A stretch of DNA of 64,000 nucleotides. Source: an uncultured Spirochaetota bacterium (GTDB taxonomy: Bacteria > Spirochaetota > Brevinematia > Brevinematales > JAOACQ01). Location: contig CAWAOD010000009.1 in assembly GCA_963783575.1 (NCBI GenBank), forward strand, positions 320,001 to 384,000, written 5' to 3'. The position numbers were made by a program, and so were the translations under genes. The notes under the pieces are model-generated. The model did not search any database. It was not told where the DNA came from and saw only the letters and a list, made by a program, of their open reading frames with translations. Shown piece after piece: positions 10,533 through 21,656 of the stretch. The first letter of the stretch is position 1. Each line of letters opens with the position of its first letter.

Positions 10533-11525
10533 CTATTTTGGAGTAGTAGTACTCTGCTGACTTGTCTGCGCTTTCTGTTTGGATTCTTCCTGCTGCATTA
10601 AATAAATCTTTTCACCGATAGTTTTTATATCTTCCATCCTCTTTTGAAGTCTTTCCTTTGCAAGAATTGACCAAACGCCTTCATCATCGATATCAAGTTC
10701 TTCTCTAATAATAGCCCTGTCGAATTCCACTTCAATATCTTTGAAATAAATAACAAAATTACCGCCATTTTCAACTTCGGGCTTATATATAATATAAGAA
10801 TCAAAAGTAATATAAGGATAGCTTTTCGGATAGAGGGGAAGTCTCTGGAGAACTCTATCCTGTATGCTGTCGGTATATTCAGGATTGGACCATACCAGCT
10901 TTCTCCAACCATCATAATAAACTGATCCCATAAAGTAATCCTGGATTAAATCGTTTCTGTCTTTTAATCTTATAGCTACCTGCATCTGATAATTCAATCC
11001 ATAAACCCAGGAGGAAATTGATTTAATCTGGCCGACATTCATCAAAATTCCCATTACGAGGCTGTTTTCTTCACCGGAATCATTTACATTAACATCTTTA
11101 CCGTTATCGTAATAGGGAAAGAAATCAAAAGGCGGTCTAACCATAGCCCAGGATAAAAATCTTCCCTGGATAAAATGAATGCGTGAGCCCAATACATCAT
11201 TAAACCTTTTACTTTGTGCTTTTTTTGAGTATGATTTAACCTTGTTTTCCACCGTATTTGCTGATGAAGTAAGCATAATTCTCCACTTATCAAGCTGCCA
11301 GTCAGCTGCGGTGAACTCAACTTTCGGATAACCATACTGGGTTAAATCTTCACTTTCATTGGAAGCTATCGCATCCTGATGGATTTTTTTATCCTTCTCA
11401 ACAACTATACTCATATTCGGTTCAAAAGTAGGAAAATCAATCAGAGTCTTCTTTACAGCCGAGAAAGACACGGAACTAATTAATAACAGAGATCCGATCA
11501 ATGCCAACAATACTCCTTTCTTCAT
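10533..11525 (-). CDS. flaA: Periplasmic flagellar filament outer layer protein FlaA
   Basis: Signal peptide; TLIDF, NVGQIKSI, DGWRKLVWSNPEY, RLPLYP, DIDDEGVW motifs. Confidence 0.88.
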   Translation of the reverse strand: MKKGVLLALIGSLLLISSVSFSAVKKTLIDFPTFEPNMSIVVEKDKKIHQDAIASNESEDLTQYGYPKVEFTAADWQLDKWRIMLTSSANTVENKVKSYSKKAQSKRFNDVLGSRIHFIQGRFLSWAMVRPPFDFFPYYDNGKDVNVNDSGEENSLVMGILMNVGQIKSISSWVYGLNYQMQVAIRLKDRNDLIQDYFMGSVYYDGWRKLVWSNPEYTDSIQDRVLQRLPLYPKSYPYITFDSYIIYKPEVENGGNFVIYFKDIEVEFDRAIIREELDIDDEGVWSILAKERLQKRMEDIKTIGEKIYLMQQEESKQKAQTSQQSTTTPK

Positions 11526-11562
11526 ATATAAACTCCTTTAAAAAGATTTAAAACTGAGATTT

Positions 11563-11590
11563 ATTGTAAGTCACTTAATAAATTTGTCAA
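11563..11590 (-). promoter_or_regulatory. sigma70-type promoter of flaA
   Basis: Minus strand TTGACA-16 nt-TACAAT about 40 bp upstream of the ATG. Confidence 0.6.
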
Positions 11591-12046
11591 TATTTTTTTG
11601 AAATTATTCTAAAATAATTATTAATCCATCCGATAATTATAATAAGTAAAACTTTTGAATTGACAAAGGAATCCACATTATCATCGGAAAAGACGGATTG
11701 GAAGTTTAATATCCACTAAAAAATACTATTTTAATGGTCCCCTGCTTTGAAAAGTCATCCTGAAAACATCGAAAAATCTTCAATGTTTAAATTCTTCATC
11801 CAATTTGTATTGTAAGACTGTTTTACAAATTTGTCCAGTAAATCAATAAAATTATTTAATGTTTAAAGTTTGTTTTAAGTACATTAAAAGGATATTTTGC
11901 CGCAAAACCCCTGCAATGGGGCTTTATGCATCAGTCACGGCGTCCCTGCCGTGAAATGACTTTAACAATATGTTTTTATTTCACAGGAATATGACTGATA
12001 GAAAACCTTTACAGAAAACGTACCAAGCAACCCTGGGCGCAAGGAT

Positions 12047-13896
12047 GATTTTGCTGAAAAATAATGTAAAAAAACAACCGTCTTTTCCAAATTTTAAATA
12101 TTTTTTAATTTTTACCTAAGACACAGATCAATTTTGCCTTACGTCATTATTTACCTCTTTTTTCCCGGATTCTTTGAGCATTATACCCTCTATGTTACTC
12201 TATTAAGCCAATATTCCTTCAGATATTGGCAACTTTTGTTGTAATGACAATATTTTCTTAATATATCTTTTGAAGTTCACCGCTGCCCCTGTCATTAAAT
12301 ACTGGAATTGTCTGCCTTCTGTTCCTTTATATTTTATTTTCCTGAGTCCATGAAATCTTACCGATTCGCTGATTGTGCCTTCTACCTGCGCCCTTACACT
12401 CATTTCGCTTTTAAATTTAGCGGTTTTTTGTTCTTCCCTCCGTTTTCTCAAATGATCGTAATCCATCCCGACTCTTATTATGCGCATCTTTTCCCTTCCG
12501 GCTACACAATCTTTGAAGAAGGCGCAGGCCATACATTCATTCTTTGGAAATATTATACAATAAGCATTATCACCATTTTTTTTATGTCTTTCACTTCTAA
12601 CGCCCTTCGGACAGGTAGCTGTCAGGTTTTTCATATCAATCTTGAAATTTTCTAATTTAAAATTCTTTGGCTTTAATGAAGTGTCTTTCTGTACATAACC
12701 CATCAGATTTTCTCCACGTTCTTCGAATTCCCTTATTGCCGTTCCGCTTAAATAATTTGTATCTGCATATGTCTTATCAGGCTTCAAGCCCCTTTCATCA
12801 TTCATCTCTTTGAGCTTAGGAAGAATTTTATTATCATTCTCATTCGCAGGCTGTTGTATCATACCGACTATAAAATTGATTTCCCCTTTCTCCGCGGTTT
12901 CAACAACATGGCACTTTTCTCCTACCCAACTTGTTTTACCCTTTTTGCCCAGTTTCAATGTCGGATCGTCAGGCGTGAAAATCGTTTGCTTCGGGGTTAC
13001 TATTTCTTCCACTTCAATGAATTCTTTATTCCCCACTTCCTTTGTCCGGATGATCACATTCTCAGAAAAAATAGTTTCCATAATCTCTAATTGCCTCAAT
13101 TCTTTAAGGCTTTCTGCCGGATTATCCATAATGCCCCTCTTAATCCTGAAACCGTCTTCAACAATCTCTGCCTGCCTGTCTCCCCGTTTTTCTTTTGATA
13201 ATCCGAAGGAACTGAAATCTTTACTGTAACGTTCCTGTATATCATCCGGAATCATCTTGTTATAATATTCAGGGTCAATTTTTCCTATCTCTATAACAAC
13301 CCATTTTACTGCCCGAAACAGAAGATCAGTAGTGGATATTCTGTTTAAATGCTTTACAACATGAGTCGCATCAATCCTTTGCTTGGCATGGTCTCTAATG
13401 AAACCCTTTTTCTTGATTTGATTTAATAGAGTGTCAAATATGATGCACATTTTATCGTTTTCTATAAGTCTTTTCCTGAATACGCAAAGTGTGCTGGCTT
13501 CAAAGATATCCTTAGCGGCAACTTCAAGATGCAGGCCAATTTTCCAGTCAAGTCTTGTGTTAACGGCTTTTACCGTTTCATCGTCGGACAGTGATTCTTT
13601 CCATTGAAGTAATGTTACCATAGCAAGGAATGAAGGTGATCTGCAATTTCTTCCAACGTCTGAATAACAATCTTTAAAAGGCTCGTTATTAAATATTGGG
13701 AAAAGCTCTTTACTGAACACTTGCATTGGATCGGAAGGCTTCAGGAAATCTTTCATCACTATATGTGCCGAATAGAGACTTTCTTCTTTTTCTTTTGGTA
13801 AAGACATATAAGTCCTCATTTGTAAATTATTATTAATATTATAACACGTATCTATATAAATAGCGATGATTGCCCTCTACATTTTTCAGCAAAATC
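12047..13896 (-). mobile_element. IS1182-family insertion sequence (1850 bp)
   Basis: Perfect 16-bp terminal IRs gattttgctgaaaaat (12047-12062 / 13881-13896); 6-bp direct repeat aaggat (12041-46 / 13897-902). Confidence 0.9.
12203..13819 (-). CDS. IS1182-family DDE transposase
   Basis: DUF772-like N-terminus (STLCVFRKRL), RIDATH, YADTNY, Cys cluster (CPKG...CMAC...C), RAQVEGTISE. Confidence 0.9.
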   Translation of the reverse strand: MRTYMSLPKEKEESLYSAHIVMKDFLKPSDPMQVFSKELFPIFNNEPFKDCYSDVGRNCRSPSFLAMVTLLQWKESLSDDETVKAVNTRLDWKIGLHLEVAAKDIFEASTLCVFRKRLIENDKMCIIFDTLLNQIKKKGFIRDHAKQRIDATHVVKHLNRISTTDLLFRAVKWVVIEIGKIDPEYYNKMIPDDIQERYSKDFSSFGLSKEKRGDRQAEIVEDGFRIKRGIMDNPAESLKELRQLEIMETIFSENVIIRTKEVGNKEFIEVEEIVTPKQTIFTPDDPTLKLGKKGKTSWVGEKCHVVETAEKGEINFIVGMIQQPANENDNKILPKLKEMNDERGLKPDKTYADTNYLSGTAIREFEERGENLMGYVQKDTSLKPKNFKLENFKIDMKNLTATCPKGVRSERHKKNGDNAYCIIFPKNECMACAFFKDCVAGREKMRIIRVGMDYDHLRKRREEQKTAKFKSEMSVRAQVEGTISESVRFHGLRKIKYKGTEGRQFQYLMTGAAVNFKRYIKKILSLQQKLPISEGILA

Positions 13897-14009
13897 AAGG
13901 ATGCGCCTTGAGAGCTTTTCTTTAAACATTCAGGCAGCAGAACGGTTTGCCTGCCAATACGCCTTGGAAGTTCTGCTATAGGCACGATGCTGTACAGCAT
14001 AAATGCTGT

Positions 14010-16386
14010 CTACCATTTCATCCAGAAACCGACTATAGGCGTAAATCCAAGTAACTCTTTAACTTCTGTTTTTTTTGTGAAATCGAAATTATAATCATAT
14101 CGAATAACCGCCTGATAATTATATATATTATCCAATTGATAATAAAATCCGTAAGGAATACCATTAACTGTTTCATTGTTCCATTCAAGCTTAAAGCTTA
14201 GTTTATGCTTATCTGGGAGTTTCGTGGAATGAAAGGTCCCATAAATTGGCGTATACACGATATTTGTAACTCCTTGCTGATTGACTGCTGTATGCGGTTC
14301 GCCTCCAATAACCGGGGTATAATAATCCCCGGAAACAAGATTAAATTCCCCCGTTACAACAAACTTTTTATTAATCTCATATATAACTGTCAGATTAATT
14401 TTATAATCCATAGAATTTCCTTCATACCATTGCTTAACTGGTATGGTTCCATAAAAGTGATAATTAATAAGATCGGCATCGCTGAATCCATAGTGAGACC
14501 TTCCTGTGTCGAAGAATCCTCCGGTAAAGCTTGAATTTTCATTTATTCCTTCAGTACGGAAAATTTCTCTCTTAAATGAAGAAAAAGAGAGCCAGCCATA
14601 AAAAGGAAAATTGTCCGGCTGTTTTTTCAGCATTATATCAAAGCCATATACTCTTGCAAATGATATACCTGTATGGTAAAGATCGTCTTCTCCCTTCACC
14701 GGGACATTATCATAATATTTGCAATATACATCCGAATCCAGGGAATAACTCTCAAAAAACTTTATTCTGCCGCCTAAATCTGACATCCAGCATTCAGATA
14801 GGTCTATTTGTTTTATTTGATTGGAATATGAATAGAGTAAAAATGGATCGGTAAAAAACTCAGTCATCTTCCCAATGGAAGCTGAAAGAGTTAAGAAATT
14901 AAAATCATACTTTCCTGTGAGCCTAGGATCAACATTTGCTTTATTTAAAAAATCACAATAAGTTATCCTTCCCCCGGCAAGTATTGACATTGATTTTAAA
15001 GGCGACATTTCAGTTTCAGCGAACATTGAATAAATTCCAAGATTTGTTTTTGATTCAACAGAACCGGATACAATTTTAATAGTGCCTTCATCAATATTTG
15101 TGGTAGAACTGTTTTCAATGGAATTACTATAAAAAGCCCGCGGATAATAAAAAATGTCAAAACCTGTCCGACATCCCAATTTATCTGAGAAATTCATACT
15201 TAAAAGATTTTTATATGAAATAACATCAATTTTATTCACATCCACATAATTGATTGGTGTTTCTTTATCATCAATAGAAAAAGACCTCGAATAACTTGAC
15301 CATTGTATCCTCTGATCAAGGTTGAGAAAACCTGAAAATGAATGATCCCACCGAAAGCCCAATGAGTAATATCCGTCGGAAGTTTCTGAAAGGTAGGTAT
15401 TCGAATAAAAGATTGACATAGGTTCGTATGAGTAAAGCCAGATAAAGTCAAATTTGTTTTCCGGAACCTCATAGGATATTATGCCCTGAAAATCATAATA
15501 AGAAAAATTCGTATCCCCGGAAGGATGGAAATTCCCGGTATAAATACTGTTGATAAGCTGTATAAAATCATAATTCATTCTTCTCAACCCGGCCGACCAA
15601 TTCAGTTTACCGTCAAGAAGAGAACCGTTCAATGACAGTGAAGCATTGAGGGCACCAATATCCAACCTTCCATGAAAAGGCGGCATTGCTTCCGCCGGAT
15701 CAATATCAAGAACGGAAGATAAAGCCTGACCGTGTTGTAAAGGTAAAACTCCCTTATACAGGGTCATATCTCCAACCAGGTCACTCAAAAATATCGAATC
15801 GCCGAACATATTATGAAACGGCCTGACAACATAAAATCCATCAAAAAGAACAAGATTCTCCGAGTCGCCTCCCCCTCTTACGGAAAGTCTGTCACTAAGA
15901 CCGCTTGACATCAAATCACCCGATTCAACACCAGGTATCTTATCAAGGACCTGTGTCGGGTATCCTGAACAGGGTTGTCATTGCCCTCTGCCTATCCTTC
16001 TTTATAAATGTATATTTAGAGCCAACCGCTTTTTCTTTTTCTCCCACGACTTCATAAAATCCAAGATTATAAACTTTAGGTTTGAGATATATTCTGCAGG
16101 AAAAATTCTTATCAAGATTTACTTCAAGTTTTTCATCATAATATCCCGGCGCTTTTGCAATAATGGAATATTTTCCGCCGTCGATATCATCAAAAAGTAT
16201 AATGCCTTTATCATCGCTTTGTCCGCTGATAAATACGCTAGTATTTGATTGAACCGATACAAAAATACCCTCAAGAAGCTCATTATTTTCGATGTGATAT
16301 ATTGTGCATTTAATTCGAAATGCAAAATTAAAATCTGATAAAAGTATGAGTAAAAAACAAAATATTATTAGTTTTCCTATATTCAT
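14010..16386 (-). pseudogene. TonB-dependent receptor, split by a frameshift at ~15960
   Basis: 16386-15943 encodes signal peptide plus carboxypeptidase-regulatory-like domain. A shifted frame gives PTQVLDKIPGVESGD, joining the plug (LSVRGG...ENLVLFDG) and barrel ending FWMKW. Possibly a sequencing error. Confidence 0.75.
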
Positions 16387-16403
16387 ACAGTTATTTTATA
16401 GTA

Positions 16404-17279
16404 TTAATCTTTATTAAGAGTCTTATTCTCGCAAATCAATATCAAGCCTATCAAGACACCAAAAATACTGTTGGATAAAAATACTTCAATAAAATGCGCA
16501 AGCCTTACTAATGGAGGCATAACTGGATTTGGTAAAATGAGTTGGATTATTGGCACTATGGATATTAGCAGAACCAATATAATAATTTTTTCTGTCTTAT
16601 TCCCCTTTGTCATTTTTATCACTGGCAGTGAGATAAGAACCCAGAAAAAGCCCCTGATAATCTGGATCAAAATTAAAAACAACTGATTTGATGAAGACGC
16701 CCATGTAGAATAAAATGCTTTAACTTCAGGGAAAGACATTGGGAATAATCCGAATAAAAAGTATAATATGCAATAAAAGACTGACAATACGGGTATTTTC
16801 CAGGTTAGTGATTTTGAATCAATAATTTCTCCTTTATCGACTGATAAAGATAAATTTTTCATTTTTCCGGTCATTAAAACCGCTAATGGGACAAAAATAA
16901 TAGTTGAGAAGAGACCTCTTATGAATATTAACATAAGTTCATGGAAGGATATAAGAGGAAACGCCTTAATAAATATAAATGTCTCAATCTGAGTCATAAA
17001 AGTTTGAAATCCCCAGATTATAATTATCATTGAAATTATCAATTTCAAACCATGCCACCTGGATCGGTTTATTGCATATATCAAAATCGTAGAATTTATA
17101 AAAATGCAAAGAAACAGTAAATATCCTGTACTCCCGGATTCGGAAGCCGGAATAGCATTTGCAATTTCCTTTGAAACGGGAAAGATAAAAGAAGAAGCAA
17201 TGAAAACAACCGCATAAATAAGCATTAAAATTAAGTATTTCATTATTGCCAATATCCTGGATTTTATATTCATATTCAC
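16404..17279 (-). CDS. Multi-pass membrane protein of unknown function
   Basis: 291-aa ORF with about eight hydrophobic segments. Confidence 0.7.
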   Translation of the reverse strand: MNMNIKSRILAIMKYLILMLIYAVVFIASSFIFPVSKEIANAIPASESGSTGYLLFLCIFINSTILIYAINRSRWHGLKLIISMIIIIWGFQTFMTQIETFIFIKAFPLISFHELMLIFIRGLFSTIIFVPLAVLMTGKMKNLSLSVDKGEIIDSKSLTWKIPVLSVFYCILYFLFGLFPMSFPEVKAFYSTWASSSNQLFLILIQIIRGFFWVLISLPVIKMTKGNKTEKIIILVLLISIVPIIQLILPNPVMPPLVRLAHFIEVFLSNSIFGVLIGLILICENKTLNKD

Positions 17280-17385
17280 CTCTTTAATAAATATATAATA
17301 TTATTTCATTGATAATGTAATTATAATATAAATAATATTATATTTCAAGTGAATATAATATTATTTATTAGAAAAAGATTCCCGA

Positions 17386-18063
17386 TTATTTACAATACAA
17401 TTGAATTTTTTCTATGAGTTTTGAGAAAAATTCTTCAAGATTCGGTTCGCCGATTTTTTTATGAAAGGATTTTGTCATCCGGCCGATTACTTTATCCGGT
17501 TTGATCAACAATGATAAACCCAATATTCCCGTTACGAAACGTGTGTGGAATGCAATATTTATTATAACGGGCTTGCCGCTGAATTTTCCCTTATTCTTTA
17601 TACTGCCGGAAGTTTCTTCAATTACAGCAGAGAGCCAGCTGCTGTGTAGATAAGGATAACGATAGACATCAACAAAGAAAAATATTAAAAATATCCATCC
17701 GATTATCGTTAAAAATATGCCAATTACCGGATTCAGGACAAATGTTAATAAGAAAAGTATAATAGCTATACTAAAAGTCAGGGATTGGTAAATTGATTCC
17801 CTTCCTTTAATAATGTTGAGCCATTTAAGGCCGAGATACGGTAAAAGGACTATTAATGTTATAAGTATGAAATAAATCGGATTAACGGGAATTTTAATAA
17901 ACCATTTCAAATAACTCGCAATTATAATAGGCAGACCAATGGACAATCCATATAATATATCTTTAACCATACTCCGGAAACGGAATTTCCCGCGGCTGAA
18001 TATTAAATATATTATTAAAATCAAAACAATAAAGCATGAAATAAAAACAATCATGAATATCAT
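17386..18063 (-). CDS. Membrane protein of unknown function
   Basis: 225-aa ORF, hydrophobic N-terminal two-thirds, 2 bp downstream of the regulator gene. Confidence 0.65.
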   Translation of the reverse strand: MIFMIVFISCFIVLILIIYLIFSRGKFRFRSMVKDILYGLSIGLPIIIASYLKWFIKIPVNPIYFILITLIVLLPYLGLKWLNIIKGRESIYQSLTFSIAIILFLLTFVLNPVIGIFLTIIGWIFLIFFFVDVYRYPYLHSSWLSAVIEETSGSIKNKGKFSGKPVIINIAFHTRFVTGILGLSLLIKPDKVIGRMTKSFHKKIGEPNLEEFFSKLIEKIQLYCK

Positions 18064-18065
18064 TT

Positions 18066-18605
18066 TTAGACCTTTACCTCTTCTATAATATTCAATCCGA
18101 TCATATCCTGAACAAAGCGGATTGCATCCGTAACCGGCATGCCGGACCTCCGTGCAAGATTTTCAACGGTTTCACCTGCTGAATCAGGCGGAGGTAAAAG
18201 CCAGAGAAATTTCCCGTTTTTATCGTTAAGCCTGATTTTTTCACCTGTTTTACCGCCGATTAATATAACATTGACTATTTCTTTATCCACATCATAACTG
18301 AAGGAAACTTTCGGGTTACCTGTTTCCCTGATTTTTTTAACTCTTAAAAGGTAAAGTGTGAGCAATTCATCCAGATTGATTGACAGCTTTCCCCCGATAT
18401 ATGTATAGATTCTTGAAGGACGCCCTATGCCCTTTTTTTCCATACCGCTAACAAAATCATATTTCTCAAGCATATCAAGAATCCTCTGGATTGTAAAAAT
18501 ATGTATTCCCAGTTTCCCTGCCAGAAAAGAAGCGTTTGAACCGGGATTATTTTTGAGGTATTCCAGTACATCTAAAAAATATTCCGAAGATAAAATCTTT
18601 ATCAA
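18066..18605 (-). CDS. Winged helix-turn-helix transcriptional regulator
   Basis: ASFLAGKLGIHIFTIQRILDMLEKYDFV...GRPSRIY is an HTH plus wing pattern. Confidence 0.7.
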   Translation of the reverse strand: MIKILSSEYFLDVLEYLKNNPGSNASFLAGKLGIHIFTIQRILDMLEKYDFVSGMEKKGIGRPSRIYTYIGGKLSINLDELLTLYLLRVKKIRETGNPKVSFSYDVDKEIVNVILIGGKTGEKIRLNDKNGKFLWLLPPPDSAGETVENLARRSGMPVTDAIRFVQDMIGLNIIEEVKV

Positions 18606-18670
18606 ATCAAAAATACAATCCTCCGAATTTAACTTATTTCACTTAATGTGTAATTATAAATAATTTAGAA

Positions 18671-19495
18671 TTAACTTCCAAGTATTTTTTTATGATAATT
18701 AAACAGGTCGATCCATTTTTCCCGGGCGATTTCTTCCGGCCTTAACCCGGGATCAACCCCGATTTCATTAAGTTTACCGGAATCAAAGCCCAGATTTTTA
18801 AGGTTGTTTATAATAGTTTTTCTTCTCGATTGAAATGCCTTTCTAAGGAATGAATTTAATTCCTTCTGTGGGATGGGCTTTCTTCTTTTTATGATCTTTA
18901 TTACACTTGAATCGATGGATGGTGCAGGAAAGAAATTATTTCTTCCGATTTCAAAGAGGATATATATTTCAAGATAATATTGAGAAAGAATTGAAAAGAC
19001 TCCATATCCTTCTTTACCCGGTTCGGCTATCATTCTGTCCGCAAATTCTTTTTGAAGCATTACAATACCAGCTTGCAGTCTATCCGAATCAATGAATTTT
19101 CTAATTGCTTCTCCCGAAATCGAATAAGGCAGGTTGGAAACAAAAAACAATTCCTTTTCCGGTATTCCGGAAAAATCATATTTTAAGAAATCATTATTCA
19201 ATAAAATAAGATTATTATTTTGATACAGCCTGCCGAAAAGCCTGGAAATCCCATTATCGATCTCCAGGGAATACGTTTTACGTGTCCCGGCTAATAAAAT
19301 GGTAAGGCTGCCCAACCCGCTGCCCACTTCAAAAAAAGGCATATTGCCGTTTCCGGACAAACAAGCCGCTTCGGCTATTTTTTCAGCGGAGTTTCTATCG
19401 ATAAGGTAATTCTGCCCTCTATCCTTTGAAAGGTGAAGTTTCTCTCTGCTTAAAATATTTTTAATAAAAACAGGGGAATAAGGATTATATTCCAT
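18671..19495 (-). CDS. rsmA: 16S rRNA m6,2A1518/1519 dimethyltransferase
   Basis: GQNYLID, EVGSGLGSLT, SNLPYSIS, MLQKE, RRKTI. Confidence 0.93.
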   Translation of the reverse strand: MEYNPYSPVFIKNILSREKLHLSKDRGQNYLIDRNSAEKIAEAACLSGNGNMPFFEVGSGLGSLTILLAGTRKTYSLEIDNGISRLFGRLYQNNNLILLNNDFLKYDFSGIPEKELFFVSNLPYSISGEAIRKFIDSDRLQAGIVMLQKEFADRMIAEPGKEGYGVFSILSQYYLEIYILFEIGRNNFFPAPSIDSSVIKIIKRRKPIPQKELNSFLRKAFQSRRKTIINNLKNLGFDSGKLNEIGVDPGLRPEEIAREKWIDLFNYHKKILGS

Positions 19496-19530
19496 TCATG
19501 CTTCCAATTATAATAAAAGTTGTCATTACA

Positions 19531-20541
19531 TTATTCATCGATACCCAGCTTTTTTTTGATTTTCTGGACGGTCTTAATAAGTTCAGGCAGTTTTGCCAGG
19601 GAAAAATGTATCCGCTTCTGTTCCATAAAATCCCTGGCTGGCGAACCGAAAAGAATTTTGTTATCTTCAACGGGTTTACTATCCACACCTGATTGCGCCA
19701 AAACAACTACATTATTTCCAATCTTGGCATGATCTGCTATACCAACCTGCCCGGTCAGGATACAATTTTTACCAATTGTAGAACTGCCGGCAATCCCGGT
19801 CTGTGAAATGACGATTGTATTCTCGCCGATTTTAACATTATGCGCTATCTGTACAAGATTGTCTACCTTAACACCTTTGCTAATAACCGTTGCCCCGATC
19901 ATTGCGCGGTCAACTGTTACACAGGCTCCTATTTCCACATCATCCCCGATGATTATTTTTCCGATATGAGAAATTTTTATGTTTTCACCGTCTTTCTGGA
20001 TATAACTGAATCCGTCTCCGCCTATTACCGCATTATGATGTATAATTACGCGGTCCCCGATTTCCGTTTCATCATCAATCTTTACACCGGCTTTTATCAG
20101 GCACCCATTACCTATTTTCACATTTTTGCCTATGAAAACCTGCGAATATATTGTTGTCCCCTCACCGATCTCTGCATTGTCCATTATATTGGTAAAAGGC
20201 AATACTGAAACATTCTCTCCTATTTTTGCCGATTTTTCAATATAAACATTCGGGTAAACCTGATTTTTATATTTCTTATAAGGACTGAAAATTTCAAGGA
20301 CTTTTGAAAAGGCAATTTTGGGATTATCAACTGTAATGTACGGTTTTTCATTTACTTCCATACCTTTTAGCGTAATAATGGCTGCAACCTGAGAAAGTGC
20401 CAATAATTCAAGATTTTTCTTATTTTCGGCATAAGCTATAGTATTTTCATTTTGAGATTCAAGGTCGGACACACCGGTTATTTCCACATCGGGTCCATTA
20501 AACTCTCCGCCTATTTTTTCTGCAATTTTTGATAAATTCAT
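19531..20541 (-). CDS. lpxD: UDP-3-O-(3-hydroxyacyl)glucosamine N-acyltransferase
   Basis: Hexapeptide repeats; GGDGFSY, DVEIGA, DNLVQIAHNV. Confidence 0.92.
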   Translation of the reverse strand: MNLSKIAEKIGGEFNGPDVEITGVSDLESQNENTIAYAENKKNLELLALSQVAAIITLKGMEVNEKPYITVDNPKIAFSKVLEIFSPYKKYKNQVYPNVYIEKSAKIGENVSVLPFTNIMDNAEIGEGTTIYSQVFIGKNVKIGNGCLIKAGVKIDDETEIGDRVIIHHNAVIGGDGFSYIQKDGENIKISHIGKIIIGDDVEIGACVTVDRAMIGATVISKGVKVDNLVQIAHNVKIGENTIVISQTGIAGSSTIGKNCILTGQVGIADHAKIGNNVVVLAQSGVDSKPVEDNKILFGSPARDFMEQKRIHFSLAKLPELIKTVQKIKKKLGIDE

Positions 20542-20718
20542 TAGTTTTCTCCTAAAAATTATATAATAATATAACATCCTTTGGAGAAAATTTACAATTT
20601 AGTCATTGATTGCATACTAATTTTATAGCATATAAATCCATATAATTGGATTACTTGGCCAAATATAATTGCTATTTTCTTCAGAAATAATTATTATTTT
20701 TAACAAATTCATTTTATT

Positions 20719-21648
20719 ATGACAGAGGAGTATTTATTTTTGAGTAAAGTTATTCTTTATATACTATTAATTATCCTACCGCTACTTTGCTTTTCTGCTT
20801 CGGACGATTTATCAGGAATCATTAACCGGCTGGAACTATCTGCAAAGCGGATTTTTACAAATAGTTCCGGGGAAATCTTCATTAAGATAACTAATAATTT
20901 TGATTTGTCCATATATATGGTGGATGCAAAAGAACAGACTCGCAATCTTGCAAAAATTTACGCTATAAATTTTGAGGGTGGAAAAGCCGACCGCATGTTT
21001 TTTTTGAATGAAATGTTTGAAAGCCTCCGTACTTACCAGTATTTCCAGAGTTCTCATACAATTCAAAATAACGGTTATATAACTTCTTTTACTGAACTTA
21101 CAGATTGGGCAGTTACAAATGAAAAAGACAATTCATTTTTAATAACACTTTATTCAAAAATAAAATATGAGAATATTCAGGGCGGAATTGAACCGCATTT
21201 TTTTATTAATGCGGCAATGAATACAAGCACCAATATTCATAATAAAACAAGACTTTCTTATTCCGGCAATATTTTCCTGAACGGTGAAGAAATGGAATTG
21301 CATATTCAAACGGAAGACGATGGCTATATTTACATTTATAATATAGAAGAGAGCGGAATATGTGATATGATTTTTCCTAATAAATATGATGCCGATAATA
21401 TCATCCGGGCGGGTCTGATATTCATCCTTCCTACTGATATAGAAAGAAAAGCCGGATTGAAATATACTCTCGGAGTTTCGCCGAATTCAGATGAAACATT
21501 GGGAATAATTAGAATTGTTACTGTAAAAAAGCCTTTAATAAATGCAGATATAACTAATTTTGATGCTTTTGCCGGTATATTTGTTAAGATTAACCGGGAT
21601 GAGCTGGAGTTTTATGATATAGGATATAGAGTAATAAAAAATAATTGA
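20719..21648 (+). CDS. Exported protein with C-terminal DUF4384-like domain
   Basis: Signal-like N-terminus; DGYIYIYNI...MIFPNKY..DN pattern. Confidence 0.6.
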   Translation: MTEEYLFLSKVILYILLIILPLLCFSASDDLSGIINRLELSAKRIFTNSSGEIFIKITNNFDLSIYMVDAKEQTRNLAKIYAINFEGGKADRMFFLNEMFESLRTYQYFQSSHTIQNNGYITSFTELTDWAVTNEKDNSFLITLYSKIKYENIQGGIEPHFFINAAMNTSTNIHNKTRLSYSGNIFLNGEEMELHIQTEDDGYIYIYNIEESGICDMIFPNKYDADNIIRAGLIFILPTDIERKAGLKYTLGVSPNSDETLGIIRIVTVKKPLINADITNFDAFAGIFVKINRDELEFYDIGYRVIKNN

Positions 21649-21656
21649 GTGATGGA

